From Enoplolaimus lenunculus (taxonomy: Eukaryota), in assembly GCA_030248215.1 (NCBI GenBank), contig JASANG010002509.1, positions 186,001 through 250,000 on the forward strand: 64,000 nucleotides of DNA, in the 5' to 3' direction. Below the pieces are notes generated by a model. That model was not told the origin of the DNA and searched no databases. It was given only the letters and a program-made list of their open reading frames with translations. Shown here in pieces: positions 61,513-64,000 of the stretch (its first letter is position 1; every line of letters begins with the position of its first letter). Both the position numbers and the translations under genes were made by a program.

Positions 61513-62673
61513 AAACACGAGCCGCGCAGCGTTTGAAACATTAAAAACTATAACCGCCAAAGCAGTTTTCAGACAACAAACCGCTGTAAAGTAGGCAATT
61601 TAAGGACATAAACCTTGTAAATAAAATTTCAAAAATTACTTTTGACTTTCATGCGTTATCTGTTTTTACCGTGCATAAAGTTCACCAATACTTTTCTTCC
61701 CGTATTGCACGTCTCAAGTGCAGTTTAACCGTTGCACTATTCGTTTTGTGCAATTTTGTACTGCATATATGTTGTGCGTTTGGGAATTGTTCGCAATTTA
61801 TATATGAAAGTTAAAAAATTAGTTTTTTTCTTCATTTGTCGTCAACAACGAGACTGGCTTTAAACGATTTGACCGCATAGTCCGTTTTATTCCGTTGAGT
61901 TTAATCTTTAGTTAATTTTTGAATCCATTCAAAGAACGTTTAGCGAAGAGTTTAGGCTTAGTCTTTTAATTAGCCATATGTAAACTTTGTTGTAAACGTA
62001 AAGTCTAAAATCAAACGTCGGCAGAAAGGCATGTAAAGCAATATTTTAGCTAATATTACGTATCAGCATACAATACTGCGATGCAACAAGTTAGCTCGTC
62101 GCTCTGCGGTGTTCGACTTGTTAAAGAACCTGGCCCATGTATAGGAGAGGGCCGGATTGGTTTCCGGCGGTGCTGCAACTGCATATGTTCGTCAGTTTGA
62201 AAAACTTATCGCTAACTGATCATAGGTGCTGTACGTATTTGAGAATATGGGCCTAGATCTATAAACGTATCCTATTGTACTTGTTATTCATAAGCTATAT
62301 ACCAATAAAGCTTCACAATGCTTCCGTATTGTAAACATCTAAATTCATTTCTCTTCGAAAGGATATTATTTCGCGTCAACGCCGTTTCAGCTTTGAATAA
62401 AGCGAGCCAAGAAATATTGAACAAATTTCTAATTGAATTTTGAACTGAAAACTTTGCTTTGAAATATTGGCAAATGATTTAGTGAATGGTAAACGTGAGC
62501 GAAAAGTTACTCGGCTTCGGTGTACTACGGACCGAATATTTGAAAGTATGCGGCGTTTTCAAAGCTTTACAATTTTATCCAGGTCTATCATGGTCGCCGT
62601 GTGAAATATTTGATTTGAGTGTACAAGTATAGACTAAATGAAGCAAAGTATAAATTAAACTGTTGCAGGTTTA

Positions 62674-62760
62674 GGGTTGCGCTATACTTTTGTTGATGTG
62701 TGGCGCCGTCCATCTCCCGCACGGTACCTTCCGTCACCCGTACGGCGCAGTCCGTAACAA
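62674..62760. mobile_element. Left end of the GGGTTGCGCTATAC (Harbinger-like) element with a few GACGG/CCGTC units; related fragment at 63211-63345
   Basis: tta|gggttgcgctatacttttgttgatgtgtggcgccgtcc matches the left end of the 8064 element. Confidence 0.7.
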
Positions 62761-62921
62761 CCCTGAATAAAAACTACAAAGAGCGTCAATGTTCTAAACT
62801 CATTGATTGACTGTGATACTGCCAGCAGTTGATATACTTACAGACAGTAATTGGGACTGTTCAATGTGTCTGTAATTAAGAAAAATTAATCAGTTACGCA
62901 AAGACATGGGTCAACCTTTTG

Positions 62922-63134
62922 GACCAATGTAAAGAACAGGGTCGAAACAGTATTATAAGCATATTCCTAAGCCTAAGCCTAAGCCTAAGTCTAAGCCTAA
63001 GCGTAAGAATAAGAATATTCCTAAACATAAGCCTAAGCCTAAGCCAAAGCCAAGCAAAAAATTAGTCTAAACATTAAACTTACTTTATTGCGCTCCCACA
63101 GAAAAACGTTCCGCCTCTGATCTTTACATGGGCC
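62922..63134 (-). mobile_element. Telomere-repeat MITE, subfamily A
   Basis: gaccaatgtaaagaacagg ... ctgatctttacatgggcc. Confidence 0.85.
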
Positions 63135-63444
63135 AACTTTTAGTACTTTTACTTGCGTAATTTACACTTACGCTGTCCTCGTAAAAAAATTTAGAAATGG
63201 AAACTGCAAGTGTTGAGCTATACTGGACGTCCGGTGTCGTCCGTCACCGTGCGTTATCCGTTCAGCGCCGTCCGTCACCTGACGGACGGCACCGTACGGG
63301 CGACGGACAGCGCCGTGCGGGTGACGGACAGCGCCGTACGGGTAATAGGCACTTTTGTAATTAGCAAAACAAGAAATTCCCCGAAATTCTTCTGTAACGT
63401 AGTCTTTGCCTATTTAAGACACTGGGCTGCTTGGTAGAAAAGTT

Positions 63445-63678
63445 GGCCAATGTAAACAACAAGGGCGGAACAGTATTATAAGCATATACCTAAGCCTAAG
63501 CCTTGGCGTGAGAATGAGCATATTCGTAAGTCTAAGCCTAAGCCTAAGCGTAAGACTGAGCATATTCCTAAGCCTAAGCCTAAGCCTAAACCAAGCAAAA
63601 AAAATATTCTAAAGCTTAAGCTTATTCTTTTCTAGTCCCACACAAAAACGTTCCGCCCCTGATCGTTTTACTTGGGCC
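63445..63678 (-). mobile_element. Telomere-repeat MITE, subfamily A
   Basis: Both TIRs; exact TSD gaaaagtt. Confidence 0.9.
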
Positions 63679-64000
63679 GAAAAGTTTACAATTTAATAGA
63701 CACTTTCAAATTCTGACAGTATGGGTGACACTTAAAACACTGTTCTTAAAAGTTTGGGTGCTAAAAACAAATCAATTTTTTCAAAAATTATATTATTTTG
63801 AACTTTTTGTATTTGCGATAATTTTAGAAACTCTTCTGACTTTCAAACTGACACCAAATCGTTGTCTCAATGACTTTGTGTTAAAAACGTCGCTTTTGCT
63901 CTCAAAATATTTCTAATTAATGACTGGTGTAATTAGATTTGGTCATTCGCAACAAACAGGGGCGTATATACAAGATTGAGTATAGGAGGGATATTTTTAA

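Noticed and set aside
1..64000. Autonomous transposase or reverse transcriptase gene
   Set aside because: No ORF with DDE, RT or helicase motifs was seen; all elements appear non-autonomous.

Overview
Eukaryotic, almost certainly nematode, genomic DNA. The evidence is TTAGGC telomere-type repeats, TTTCAG-type splice acceptors and nematode-style peptide GPCRs. Three spliced genes can be rebuilt by hand. Two are paralogous 3-exon FMRFamide-receptor-like class A GPCRs on + (4119-7281 and 22872-27079); the second is broken by a 130-bp, nearly T-free poly-A insert. The third is a 5-exon SLC22/OCT-like MFS transporter on - (28602-34286). I found no recognisable coding exon in 34.3-64 kb. The rest is densely filled with non-autonomous DNA transposons (MITEs) of at least 8 families. 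The most striking is a roughly 40-copy family with GGCC-starting TIRs and 8-bp TSDs (Merlin-like by inference) whose interior is made of telomeric TTAGGC repeats in fixed polarity. A second TIR element is found twice inside the TTAGGC tracts of that family. Several MITE families have grown internal tandem arrays, including two roughly 1.1-kb CpG-rich satellites. Superfamily assignments rest on TIR/TSD signatures only; no transposase is present. Copy counts and coordinates were read by eye.
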